In this document: positions 27,842 to 36,772 of the stretch, one piece after another
Layout of the letters: each line of letters begins with the position of its first letter
Position numbering within the stretch: the first letter of the stretch is position 1
From: a virus
IMG/VR virus record: IMGVR_UViG_3300028392_000036
Location: 64,001 to 128,000 of that record
Direction: 5' to 3' (one strand)
DNA length: 64,000 nucleotides
Program-made: the position numbers and the translations under genes
Notes under the pieces: model-generated
Told to the model about the DNA's origin: nothing
What the model saw: the letters and a program-made list of their open reading frames with translations, nothing else
Databases searched by the model: none

Positions 27842-28126
27842 ATGAGTCACAGTTATTATGTCGTCAGCAAAGGTTCAGGTCTTATTGTCAACGACGGTCC
27901 TAACAAAACTCGTGCATACAAAACTTTCGGTGCCGCAATGGCCACCCGTACTCGTCTTTGCCGCAAGTCAGGTTGGAACATATCTGAACTTGCTATCATA
28001 GATACCAAAAGTTACAAACCCCGGATGGTTACCCGCACTAACATAATGACTGGCCAGGAATATCAAGAGGACGTGAATACTCCTAGATCTTGCTCGCCTA
28101 GTTCAGAACTTTTTTGGACAATGTAA
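27842..28126 (+). CDS. Hypothetical early protein
   Basis: Strong promoter and SD; C-terminal TPRSCSPSSELFWTM. Confidence 0.7.
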   Translation: MSHSYYVVSKGSGLIVNDGPNKTRAYKTFGAAMATRTRLCRKSGWNISELAIIDTKSYKPRMVTRTNIMTGQEYQEDVNTPRSCSPSSELFWTM

Positions 28127-28275
28127 TGGTAGATCCCAAGGACTACTGGTTTAAAATGTCGTGGACACAGCCCTATCTGGGCTGGCCCGAACCCAAACAA
28201 AAAGAAACTCCGGAACCCGAGATTACAGATCTTGCTCAGGCCCGCAAAGTGTTGGCAAGGATTATGTCACTATGA
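28126..28275 (+). CDS. 49-aa hypothetical protein (not in ORF track)
   Basis: TAATG and ATGA couplings at both ends. Confidence 0.55.
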   Translation: MVDPKDYWFKMSWTQPYLGWPEPKQKETPEPEITDLAQARKVLARIMSL

Positions 28276-28619
28276 AATGGTTTGCCGAAACTACTGATTA
28301 CAAAGATAACACACCTAATGGTGTGTACTTGTTGGATGATGGCAAGAGCAAGATGTATGCGTTCCGACCATTCGGCACAGGCACAATCAAAGTGTTCAAG
28401 AACCCAATCCGCATTGATCTGCGTGGTCGTAAGTTTGCCATTAACTCTGTTCAATTCAAGACTGAGTTAACAGAACCTGAACCTGAAGGCCGTGTGTTTA
28501 CTGTGACCGGATCTAAAGGTGACACATATACAGTAAACGAGGTGCGTGGCTCATGGTCTTGCACCTGTTCAGGATTTCGATTTAGAGGTGAGTGTAAACA
28601 TATTCGGGAGTTGTCATGA
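28272..28619 (+). CDS. SWIM zinc-finger protein
   Basis: GSKGDTYTV...WSCTCSGFRFRGECKH. Confidence 0.8.
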   Translation: MKWFAETTDYKDNTPNGVYLLDDGKSKMYAFRPFGTGTIKVFKNPIRIDLRGRKFAINSVQFKTELTEPEPEGRVFTVTGSKGDTYTVNEVRGSWSCTCSGFRFRGECKHIRELS

Positions 28620-28924
28620 AATCTATTTTGGCCATTGCATTGTTAGCACTGAGTGGCTGTGCTACCAGTCAAACACCCAATCCTGCTTACAATATTCAAT
28701 TTGAAGCACAACCCAACCTGCCGGAAAAAAGCATACGCTGGGTGGTGATAGAAGACGTCAGTAGATTTTGTCAGGCCAAAATGCCCTTGCTAGGCAACCA
28801 ACGGGTGTTGGCCTGTTCAGAATACAACAACCGTTCCTGTACAATATACACCGGACGTGTCACTGACATGGCCATCGTGGGACACGAAATACGGCATTGC
28901 TTTGAAGGTGCGTGGCACCGATAA
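28616..28924 (+). CDS. Lipoprotein with HExxH motif
   Basis: Lipobox LSGC; GHEIRHCF. Confidence 0.7.
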   Translation: MKSILAIALLALSGCATSQTPNPAYNIQFEAQPNLPEKSIRWVVIEDVSRFCQAKMPLLGNQRVLACSEYNNRSCTIYTGRVTDMAIVGHEIRHCFEGAWHR

Positions 28925-28925
28925 T

Positions 28926-30215
28926 TTAGAAAACTTGTTTCCAGCCGTCAACAGTTTTAGTCCACACTTTGTTGACTGTGGTCCATGTGTTTGCGGAGGT
29001 TTTGATTTTGATACTTTGAACTGGACTCCAGGTATTGCTTGCTGTTTTGACTCGTAAACCTGCAGTTGTAACTGCTTGATAGGTTTGTACACCATTGGCT
29101 TGTGATCCAAGCCCGGTTACAGGATCCCAGCCTGCGGTAGCGGCGTATCCATCCGGAATTTCATACGCATTATTACCATAAATTATATCATAAAAAGAAC
29201 TGTAATTAGAATAAAATATTTTGGCTAGTGAGTTAGGGGGTGGTCGACGACCCCCATTTTTTGATATAAATCTAGCCATCATACCAGCCATAATGGGCGT
29301 AGCCGCACTGGTTCCTGCTATTCCAGACACTACAGCACCATTAAGATAAAATGCATATGATTGATATGGAGCGGCTATGTCAGGAATTCCGCGCCTAGGT
29401 AGTGCGGTTACTGGGCCAGTTATCCCAGTTGAACTATTATATGTTTGATATTTTTTTCCTATTTGTTGAGAAGGTATATTGATAATAGAACTTATGCCAC
29501 CTCCAGACGGTGCGGCAGCCACCTCCGGATTAATTCTTGCATTATACTGATTTACATTTAATATTGTTCCGCCTACTGCTATCACATTGGCATTTGATGA
29601 TGGGTAGTTTACACCTTCAACATTAGTAAATTTTTGTTTTGACCCAGCATCACCAGTTGAGTTAAACACAGATATTCCTTGGGCGACTGCATTGGCTATT
29701 GGTACTGAAAGAAAGTCGCCAAGTCCTCCGTAGTTCTCATTGACTGACCAACTTTGGGTTATTACATCGCACCCGTCTGCTATAGCCGCATTGTAAATAT
29801 TTGCCCACCTGTTTGCGAACTCGGAGTATGTTGATGCACTCAGCGGAGTTCCTATATAGATGTTTATAGTAGCATTTGGTACCATACCTGCTATACAGAA
29901 AATATCTAAAGTATTTTCTGTACTAGCACCATCATTTGGATCAAAATTATTAGTTGCACCATTAACTGATTTAAAATTAATAGTAGGCGCGGTAATTCCT
30001 AAATCGGCCATTGATTTGTTTATGTCACTTTGTAGAAAACCGCCACCTAGACTCAGTATGCCAATCTTAACCCCTGCACCAGTGCTTGTGGGTATGTTGT
30101 ATGCTGTAGCAATCTGAGAAGGAATAAAATTCCCTGGCGCCGGAAGACTAGTTACATCAGGATCATATGATCCAAACTCCGTAATGTCTGGCTTAGGTAA
30201 AAATTCTAATTCCAT
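28926..30215 (-). CDS. S53 (sedolisin/kumamolisin) family serine peptidase, no prodomain, virion-type C-terminal tail
   Basis: ENTLD (Glu/Asp), SW, TGDAG, YPSS..NVIAVGGT, GGGIS, RGIPDIA, GTSAATP and GWDPVTGLGS. Confidence 0.88.
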   Translation of the reverse strand: MELEFLPKPDITEFGSYDPDVTSLPAPGNFIPSQIATAYNIPTSTGAGVKIGILSLGGGFLQSDINKSMADLGITAPTINFKSVNGATNNFDPNDGASTENTLDIFCIAGMVPNATINIYIGTPLSASTYSEFANRWANIYNAAIADGCDVITQSWSVNENYGGLGDFLSVPIANAVAQGISVFNSTGDAGSKQKFTNVEGVNYPSSNANVIAVGGTILNVNQYNARINPEVAAAPSGGGISSIINIPSQQIGKKYQTYNSSTGITGPVTALPRRGIPDIAAPYQSYAFYLNGAVVSGIAGTSAATPIMAGMMARFISKNGGRRPPPNSLAKIFYSNYSSFYDIIYGNNAYEIPDGYAATAGWDPVTGLGSQANGVQTYQAVTTAGLRVKTASNTWSPVQSIKIKTSANTWTTVNKVWTKTVDGWKQVF

Positions 30216-30217
30216 AA

Positions 30218-31171
30218 TCAGAACGTCTGATACCAGATATCACCAATGTTACCTTGATTATCAAGTGGCGCCGCACTTGCTACCCAAATTTGCCTAGCAA
30301 CATTGCTCATTACTGCTTTATTGGTTCCAGTTTGAAATTGACTCGCGGTCATTGCACCCAACGCAGACACAGTGCTCGAAGTTACAATGTTACCAGTGAC
30401 ATTTAAATTTCCACCTGTGGTTATGTTGTTGGCAGTTACTAGAGCGGCAAATACAGTACCAGTAGTGCTAAAATTTCCACCTGACACATTGCCTCCAACA
30501 CTAACTGTATTAGGTGTAAAGGTACCTGATATTGATAAATTTTGTGCGGCTATATTACCGCCTGCCGATATTGATCCAGCAGTCCGCAAGTTGCCACCTG
30601 AAACATTTCCGGTAACTGAAGCATTACTACCCACATTCAAATTAGTAGTTACTATTGAATTACCTTGTACAGTACCCGACGTTAAAATTGTGCCAGTTGT
30701 AGTAATATTACCCGCGGTTATATTGCCTGATGCGGTAATAGTTGATGGAGATAAGACGCCAGTATAAGTTGGCAAGTAAGCCGCAACATTAGAGTTGGTA
30801 TAAGAACTACCAGCACTGATACCAGTCAGTTGTGAGCCATTGCCAAAAAAGTAGGTGCCCGTAACTGTTCCTGCTGATGATATTAGTCCTCTAGAAATTA
30901 AGTTACCACCAGTGACATTTCCAGTGGTTGAAACAACTGAAGGAGTATAACTTCCCCCGTTTATGTTACCACCAACTGTTATGTTGCCTGAAGCACTGAT
31001 ATTTTGGATTGTTAGGTTTCTACTTCCAACTATGTTTCCGCCCGAAGTGAAAGATTGGGTAGCAGTGATATTTCCACCATATACTTCCGCTCCTGACACA
31101 TAAGTTCGAGCACTAACGAATGTAGCGGCAGTAACAGAGCTTTGGGATTGTACATTGGGAAATGATGACAT
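30218..31171 (-). CDS. Tail fibre-like virion protein with GNITGGN repeats
   Basis: Many S/T-G-N-I/V-T-G-G-N repeats, GNGSQLTGI and C-terminal AP...GDIWYQ. Confidence 0.75.
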   Translation of the reverse strand: MSSFPNVQSQSSVTAATFVSARTYVSGAEVYGGNITATQSFTSGGNIVGSRNLTIQNISASGNITVGGNINGGSYTPSVVSTTGNVTGGNLISRGLISSAGTVTGTYFFGNGSQLTGISAGSSYTNSNVAAYLPTYTGVLSPSTITASGNITAGNITTTGTILTSGTVQGNSIVTTNLNVGSNASVTGNVSGGNLRTAGSISAGGNIAAQNLSISGTFTPNTVSVGGNVSGGNFSTTGTVFAALVTANNITTGGNLNVTGNIVTSSTVSALGAMTASQFQTGTNKAVMSNVARQIWVASAAPLDNQGNIGDIWYQTF

Positions 31172-31201
31172 ACGCGGTCCTTTATTATATTTATGCGGCC
31201 A

Positions 31202-31226
31202 CAAGAAAGCCCCTTTCGGGGCTTTC
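31202..31226 (-). terminator. Rho-independent terminator
   Basis: GAAAGCCCC-GAAA-GGGGCTTTCTT on the minus strand. Confidence 0.75.
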
Positions 31227-31231
31227 ATTTT

Positions 31232-31459
31232 TTACGCTTGGTCTACAAACTTTTTGAGTTCTTCGGCCTTGCTCACAATGTCCGTGCTAGTGGGAAAACT
31301 AGGCATGGTCGGGTAAGGTAGCGTACCGCGATTGGCATCGTTCAGCTTGGAATGATATTCGTCGCTTAGTGCTACTCGGGTTTGGTGTACTGGCGTAACT
31401 AGAATTTCGTTAGCCATTTTGAGAAGTTCGAGACGGATCTCGTAAGGTGTTTTGCTCAT
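31232..31459 (-). CDS. Small phage protein
   Basis: MSKTPYEIRLELLKMA...KAEELKKFV; strong SD. Confidence 0.75.
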   Translation of the reverse strand: MSKTPYEIRLELLKMANEILVTPVHQTRVALSDEYHSKLNDANRGTLPYPTMPSFPTSTDIVSKAEELKKFVDQA

Positions 31460-31530
31460 GTTTTTCTCCTGTGTATGTGTGTGTCGTTCAAGTCCCGCCC
31501 TATGCAGGACAAGATTGCTACACGAGCGTA

Positions 31531-31962
31531 TTACTTATAGATGTAGTTGACAGTATCAGAATTTTCGCGGTAGATGCCGGCACCATTTTTCAAATGGAAA
31601 CGCTTGGCCATCTCGGTCTTGGGACTGAGTGTAACGTAGGTATCAATGTCCGGAAATTCCGCTTTGATTGATTCTTGAGCCCGAACAATCAGTTCGCGCC
31701 CTGCGCCTGCGGCATATGACCAAATGGTGTAGAATACCGCGGTTTTGGCACTGCCCACCAACTCCACCAAGTCGTCCACAGCCGCTGGAATCCCATCCAA
31801 AAACTTCACACAAGTGATTGCTCGGGTTTGGTCACCGTCTTTGAGCATGTATATTCGGCTGTTGGAGTTGACTCTTTGGTCAGCAGGTATCTCAGGGCGC
31901 ACTGGGTCGTCCTTTAGGAGATTAACAATTTCGTCAGTAATACTTGTGATGGTGTGTAACAT
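31531..31962 (-). CDS. Hypothetical protein (possibly GNAT-like)
   Basis: DDPVRP, FYTIWSY..GAGRELI and TLSPKT.MA.RFH.KNGA. Confidence 0.6.
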   Translation of the reverse strand: MLHTITSITDEIVNLLKDDPVRPEIPADQRVNSNSRIYMLKDGDQTRAITCVKFLDGIPAAVDDLVELVGSAKTAVFYTIWSYAAGAGRELIVRAQESIKAEFPDIDTYVTLSPKTEMAKRFHLKNGAGIYRENSDTVNYIYK

Positions 31963-32030
31963 ATCTACGCTCTTTATATGCTGGCAACGATGTTGCAAAC
32001 CTATTTATCAAAACTGCGTAGAAAATAAAA

Positions 32031-32372
32031 TTAGGCGTGTATCGCTCGGTACCGTGCCATGGCTCTGGCTCGGGCCACTGCCAATCTCACCTGAATATAC
32101 TCAGACAACTCATCATCGGGTTGGTCGGTCGGTGGCGCCACCCGGGGTCTTCGGGGGGTACTACTACAAAGAAATTCATCATCGGGTGCATCATAAGGAT
32201 CAGTTCCTTGCAACCGAATGGTAGTAAACCTATATGGATTGCTTCTCAACAGTTTGACTTTTGGCACCCGCGGTCCATGTGCTCGTAATACTGTGTGGTC
32301 AGGTGCCACAACAGGTACGTGAGCCCAGACGCCCGTGGCAACCAAAGCCACAATGATTAAAAAATATCGCAT
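32031..32372 (-). CDS. Hypothetical exported protein
   Basis: N-terminal signal-like segment. Confidence 0.5.
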   Translation of the reverse strand: MRYFLIIVALVATGVWAHVPVVAPDHTVLRAHGPRVPKVKLLRSNPYRFTTIRLQGTDPYDAPDDEFLCSSTPRRPRVAPPTDQPDDELSEYIQVRLAVARARAMARYRAIHA

Positions 32373-32511
32373 ACTAGTATATAACGCCTTAGTCCTGCAA
32401 AAGGTTGACTTAGTCTGGGAATGTTGCCAAAATGTGTTGCGATTGTGTTACAGTTGTACTATAATACTTAGATGCTGTACGCAACGGCTACACTTAAGAA
32501 AGGTAAAAATT

Positions 32512-32778
32512 ATGCGTTTTAATGAAGACACCAAGACTTACAAAGTCTTTTCCGCACTGCAATCTGGCGAGACATTGACTCCTGCCCAAGCTCAACACCG
32601 TTTTGGTGTTAAGAACCTCAGCGCCGAGGTCAGCCGCGTTCGCCAGGCTGGTTTCTGTGTTTATGCCAACAGCCGTGTTGCTGGTAATGGCGTGAAAGTT
32701 ACCGAGTATCAAATCGGCAAACCATCACGTAAACTTATTGCCGCAGGCTATCGCGCAATGGCACTTGGTTTGGTTTAA
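32512..32778 (+). CDS. Winged-helix-like small DNA-binding protein
   Basis: L.SGE.LT.AQ...RFGV.N..A.VS..R..G pattern; TTGCGA-17bp-TATAAT promoter at 32437-32465. Confidence 0.6.
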   Translation: MRFNEDTKTYKVFSALQSGETLTPAQAQHRFGVKNLSAEVSRVRQAGFCVYANSRVAGNGVKVTEYQIGKPSRKLIAAGYRAMALGLV

Positions 32779-32815
32779 TCCCGACTCGCTGTCCTAATCC
32801 CAAAGGACACTACAC

Positions 32816-32844
32816 AAAAAACCCTGCTCACGGCAGGGTTTTTT
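32816..32844. terminator. Bidirectional terminator
   Basis: AAAAAACCCTGC-TCACG-GCAGGGTTTTTT between convergent genes. Confidence 0.85.
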
Positions 32845-33436
32845 CTATCAAGTACTGTTTCAATTCCACGTTTGGATGCAAGCGATAGTAGAATATCTTT
32901 TGTGTCACATCCGACTCTACTCTAAACACCAAGGGGGTGTACAATGATTTCTCCTGTGCTTGTACTCGCCGAGCAGTGTGCAAGTCTTTGGTGTCACGCA
33001 CAAATTGTTTGATGATGTTGTCCACAGGCTGTTGATAAAACTGCTCAATTTTGCCATCTTGTATCAAGGCCTGATAGTTCCAGTACTGGCTCAAAAACTC
33101 ACTATCATGGTGGCTCAACTGATACTGCTGGGCCAACTCATGTGTGAACTCTAGTCCACAATCGCCCAGGATCGGCAAGCGACCAGCAAAATTTGCCAAC
33201 CAAAGTGAATTTATCTTGCTGTCGTTGATCAACAGGTACACCTGGTCCACACCCAGATTCCGATACATCTCGCTCCAGACGTTTAGATTTCTGATATAAA
33301 CCGGCAAGAACGAGCTGTTGAATCTTGTGACGGAACAGATCAAAACACGGCGGTTTTGTGTTAGACTTTGCCAGGTAAAGGAATCAAAGCAATCCTTTTG
33401 ATACAACAAGAATTGCTTTGTGGGAGCGACTGTCAA
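32828..33436 (-). CDS. Degenerate peroxiredoxin (Prx5/redoxin)-like protein
   Basis: GVDQVY..IND, GD...EFT and W.Y.ALI.DG.IE.F pattern, without the PxxxTxxC motif. Confidence 0.5.
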   Translation of the reverse strand: MTVAPTKQFLLYQKDCFDSFTWQSLTQNRRVLICSVTRFNSSFLPVYIRNLNVWSEMYRNLGVDQVYLLINDSKINSLWLANFAGRLPILGDCGLEFTHELAQQYQLSHHDSEFLSQYWNYQALIQDGKIEQFYQQPVDNIIKQFVRDTKDLHTARRVQAQEKSLYTPLVFRVESDVTQKIFYYRLHPNVELKQYLIEKTLP

Positions 33437-33444
33437 CTGGGTAG

Positions 33445-34395
33445 TTAGGCCTTGATCATATCGTCAACCAACTGTGGGCTGAAGATATCACGATACTTGT
33501 CGTATAGTGGTTGAGTCTTTTGTTTGAGCTTGGCAATTTCTGCTTCGGCAAAACGGTGATAGCTGATGCCTTTGCGCTCATGCAAATCAGTGTCAGCTTC
33601 AATTTGGTCAGCTTCGTTCACAGTCCATGAACGCTCTAGTTTGGCCACGTGAGCCGACGCCTGAGTCATGGCCTGTTGTTGTTCTGGAGTCAAACTGTTG
33701 AAGAAGTCATTGTTGATCAAAATAGTTGTGAGGAACATGCTGTGATCAGTTCTGGCAATGTGTGTGAGACCTTGCTTGTAGGCTTCGACATCGTAGCGTG
33801 GCAGGGTGGTTTCCACAGTGCCTTTGGCCTTGACCAAGTTGTTGCGATCATCACTCATTGCGGCTGTGGCAGGAACAACTGTGCAACCTAATGCACGAGC
33901 AGTGTCCACACGCACAGGATTCAGAGTTGATACGCAGGTCAGTTTCACAAAGTCTTCACTGGTGGTAACTTCTTGATCCGAAGCAAACACACGGAAGCCA
34001 CCTGAGTAGGTGAATGCCAGACCGCGTACTGCAGATGTTTCTTGTATCTTGCTCAGCAACTTCTTGCCAATTGCGCCATCCAATACTCTGGAGGCGTGAT
34101 CATGATCTTTGAACAGGTAAGGCAGTTCAAGAGCAAAGAAATCTGGATTGTACCAAGAACCCACCCAGCGTGTTTCAACTTGGGTAACTTCGGCATCGCC
34201 AGCATTGATCATGGTCAACGGGTGTACTTTGGCAGTTGAAAACTTCTTGGAATACTCTTCCGAAGTGTAAATTTCAACTTGGATCGAGTCCTGTGTCAAT
34301 TCACGAATCTTTTGGTTAAATGCCTGGGCTGTGCGAATAAAAAGCTCAACAGGTTCGTGATCTACTATCCAACGGATTGTGCGGGTTTGGCTCAT
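33445..34395 (-). CDS. TRAP transporter substrate-binding (DctP-like) protein lacking a signal peptide
   Basis: LELPYLF.D.DHA.RVLDG.IG..L, GGFR, T.H and F.SL.PEQQ; AGGAG before MSQTRTIRW. Confidence 0.8.
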   Translation of the reverse strand: MSQTRTIRWIVDHEPVELFIRTAQAFNQKIRELTQDSIQVEIYTSEEYSKKFSTAKVHPLTMINAGDAEVTQVETRWVGSWYNPDFFALELPYLFKDHDHASRVLDGAIGKKLLSKIQETSAVRGLAFTYSGGFRVFASDQEVTTSEDFVKLTCVSTLNPVRVDTARALGCTVVPATAAMSDDRNNLVKAKGTVETTLPRYDVEAYKQGLTHIARTDHSMFLTTILINNDFFNSLTPEQQQAMTQASAHVAKLERSWTVNEADQIEADTDLHERKGISYHRFAEAEIAKLKQKTQPLYDKYRDIFSPQLVDDMIKA

Positions 34396-34465
34396 ATGGT
34401 TCTCCTGAGTTTGTGATATGATGTACACTTTATTTATGTTCGCAAGCAGATCACCCGTATTTCGC

Positions 34466-34494
34466 TTGACCAATAATTCCCAATTTGCTATAAT
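34466..34494 (+). promoter_or_regulatory. sigma70 promoter (predicted leaderless)
   Basis: TTGACC-17bp-TATAAT with TG; ATG 6 nt later. Confidence 0.8.
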
Positions 34495-34500
34495 TAGGGC

Positions 34501-35634
34501 ATGAAACACATACTTGCACTGATTAGTACTTTGGTTTTAACTGCCTGCGGCGGCGGAGGTGGCGGAGGTGGCGGCGAGCCCAGTAGCGCCACAACAGTTA
34601 AGACGCAACCGTTTTCTTGTGTCGCTCCGCAATCGCAAAGCAATAGATATCGAGCGGCAACGTTTGATGTGCGTAGGGATGATATTGGCCGAACCGCAGA
34701 AGGTCACAATATCACCAGTTTTGCCGCAGTCAAACTCATGATAGATCGTGCCAAGTGTGTGGGTTTTGACACAGCAATTTTTGAAACCAATATCCCTATT
34801 GATATTACAACGGGTCTGGTAAGAACCGATCAACCTATCCCGGTTGATTTTTGGCGATATGTTTCCTATGCCAAAAGTATAGGACTACGTGTGGCAGTAC
34901 GGCCCATTCCTGTGAACTATGTTGATGACAACACTCTCACTGGTGATACAGTTGGGTTATCAGTTTCGCAGGCACTAAACAGTGTCAAAATCTTTGAACA
35001 AAATCTAGCGGTGCAGGCCCAAAATGCCGGCGTGGACATTTTCTACGTGGGGATTTTGAACTACGGAATTGATAATGCCACCTACAATACCGAATGGCAG
35101 GCAATTGTGGATGCAGTAAAATCTGTTTATACCGGCAAGTTAGCCTACACAACCTGTTTGCTTTGTACTGACACAGTTGTTTGGGGCAAAGTGGACATGG
35201 TAGGGATAGAAACCTCAACAGGTAATACTGTGGTCAGTGCCGCCGCTGTACCAAAAATACAAGCCCTGGCCCGCAGTTACAACAAACCTATTATGATAGA
35301 TAATGTGTACATTTATGCAACACCACCATCATATGCCAGTAACTCACTGTGGAACTCAGTAAACTCAGGTAGTGTCAGTAGTTTTCTACCAGATTATGTT
35401 GAACAGGCAAGAAAGTTCAACGAATTTTTTAGTTATATGACCTTGTTGAAATCTGATATTCAAGGCTTTGCGATCGGGCAATACATGCCATGGCTACAGA
35501 ATGCCAACATCCAATCACCGGTCACAAACATAGAAACTCAGTTCAAAATATTTGACACCATAGGCTTTTCGCTGTATAATAACATTCAAGCTCAAACTAC
35601 CATTCAATCATATTTGAGCAAACCGTGGAATTGA
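34501..35634 (+). CDS. Lipoprotein with glycoside hydrolase 113-like TIM barrel
   Basis: Lipobox LTAC plus poly-Gly linker; AKS.GL.V..RP, W..IV..VK.VYTGKL.Y, W..VD.VGI and KPI. Confidence 0.6.
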   Translation: MKHILALISTLVLTACGGGGGGGGGEPSSATTVKTQPFSCVAPQSQSNRYRAATFDVRRDDIGRTAEGHNITSFAAVKLMIDRAKCVGFDTAIFETNIPIDITTGLVRTDQPIPVDFWRYVSYAKSIGLRVAVRPIPVNYVDDNTLTGDTVGLSVSQALNSVKIFEQNLAVQAQNAGVDIFYVGILNYGIDNATYNTEWQAIVDAVKSVYTGKLAYTTCLLCTDTVVWGKVDMVGIETSTGNTVVSAAAVPKIQALARSYNKPIMIDNVYIYATPPSYASNSLWNSVNSGSVSSFLPDYVEQARKFNEFFSYMTLLKSDIQGFAIGQYMPWLQNANIQSPVTNIETQFKIFDTIGFSLYNNIQAQTTIQSYLSKPWN

Positions 35635-35635
35635 T

Positions 35636-36088
35636 ATGCTACTTAAACTGCTAGAGCGTTGGGGTCGTAAACGTATTGTTTATGATCGAGTTGAAAACGA
35701 ACCTTACCTAGAACGCTACTATTTGTTTCTCAAAGACCGAGAACGTTTTCCGTTTAACATATTCCTTCATAAGTTTTTAAAATCAGACCCGGATGATGTA
35801 CATGATCACCCCTGGCCCTACTTTACAATTATCTTGAAGGGTGGATACTGGGAATGGATTCCGCATTTTGATTTGCGAGGTCAAAAGATTTGCGAAATAC
35901 AAAAATGGCGAGGCCCGGGACATTTCCGTTTTAATCGAGCCACCAGTTATCATCGCATTGAACTAGATCCCAAAGTCACTGCCTGGACCTTGTTCTGCCC
36001 TGGACCCAAGCAACGTGATTGGGGTTTCTTGGTCCGGAATAAGTGGATACAGTGGGAACAATATTTGAAACAAAGGAAAACAGTATGA
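35636..36088 (+). CDS. Cupin-like phage protein
   Basis: LHKF..SD...HDHPW, IL.GGY.E and H.IEL. Confidence 0.7.
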   Translation: MLLKLLERWGRKRIVYDRVENEPYLERYYLFLKDRERFPFNIFLHKFLKSDPDDVHDHPWPYFTIILKGGYWEWIPHFDLRGQKICEIQKWRGPGHFRFNRATSYHRIELDPKVTAWTLFCPGPKQRDWGFLVRNKWIQWEQYLKQRKTV

Positions 36089-36381
36089 AGTGGTTAAAAC
36101 GTTGGTTGGCCCGAGCAGTGGTGGAAGGCCATAATGACGCAGAACGTGTAGAACGTATATACGCAACTGCTGGGCCCAAGTTATCCGCTGGAAGAGACGT
36201 TGAAAGCGATGATGGACTCAATATCACAGTACGCAAGGCCATTGGTGGTAAAATTGTGACGTTTAGGCACTATGATCCCAAATCTGACCGCCACAGTCAC
36301 CGGCTGTATGTGATTCCAGACGAACTAGATTTTGAGCGAGAGTTAGGCAAGATGATCACTCTAGAATCAATGAGAGGCTGA
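36085..36381 (+). CDS. Hypothetical protein
   Basis: SD AAGGA and ATGA overlap. Confidence 0.65.
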   Translation: MKWLKRWLARAVVEGHNDAERVERIYATAGPKLSAGRDVESDDGLNITVRKAIGGKIVTFRHYDPKSDRHSHRLYVIPDELDFERELGKMITLESMRG

Positions 36382-36394
36382 AAGTAAATACATT

Positions 36395-36772
36395 ATGCAT
36401 ACCTTAATTGATTTTGTAAGTTTTGTAGTCAACAGTATACTTGTTGGCGCCCTGGTATGGTTTGTTTTTACCTGGGCAGTGAGTCGTTATTTGGAACGCC
36501 AAATTGGTTCGGTGGTACGAGACCTTGATCAGGAACGCCTGATCCCACTCACAATAGAGGTTGACTTAGATCAGTATTTCTGCTATAATAGCATTACCAA
36601 AGCATTTGTATGCCAAGGTCGCAATTTGAAGGAAATTGTGGAACGTTTTAAACAACGCTATCCGGACAAGTCTGCCGCTATCTATGATGGTGATGAGACT
36701 GCGGTGCGTACTCTTAAAAGTCAATTGAAAGAACTCGGTGAAAATTTCTCTAGTATCAGACGTGCATCTTGA
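36395..36772 (+). CDS. Hypothetical protein with N-terminal TM helix
   Basis: ATG 4 nt after TAAATA; hydrophobic N-terminus. Confidence 0.65.
   Translation: MHTLIDFVSFVVNSILVGALVWFVFTWAVSRYLERQIGSVVRDLDQERLIPLTIEVDLDQYFCYNSITKAFVCQGRNLKEIVERFKQRYPDKSAAIYDGDETAVRTLKSQLKELGENFSSIRRAS

Noticed and set aside
35552-35580. TTGACA-17bp-TATAAT inside the 3' end of the GH-like gene
   Set aside because: It is plausibly a real internal promoter for the 35636 string, but it lies in coding sequence and adds nothing beyond the promoter class already listed.
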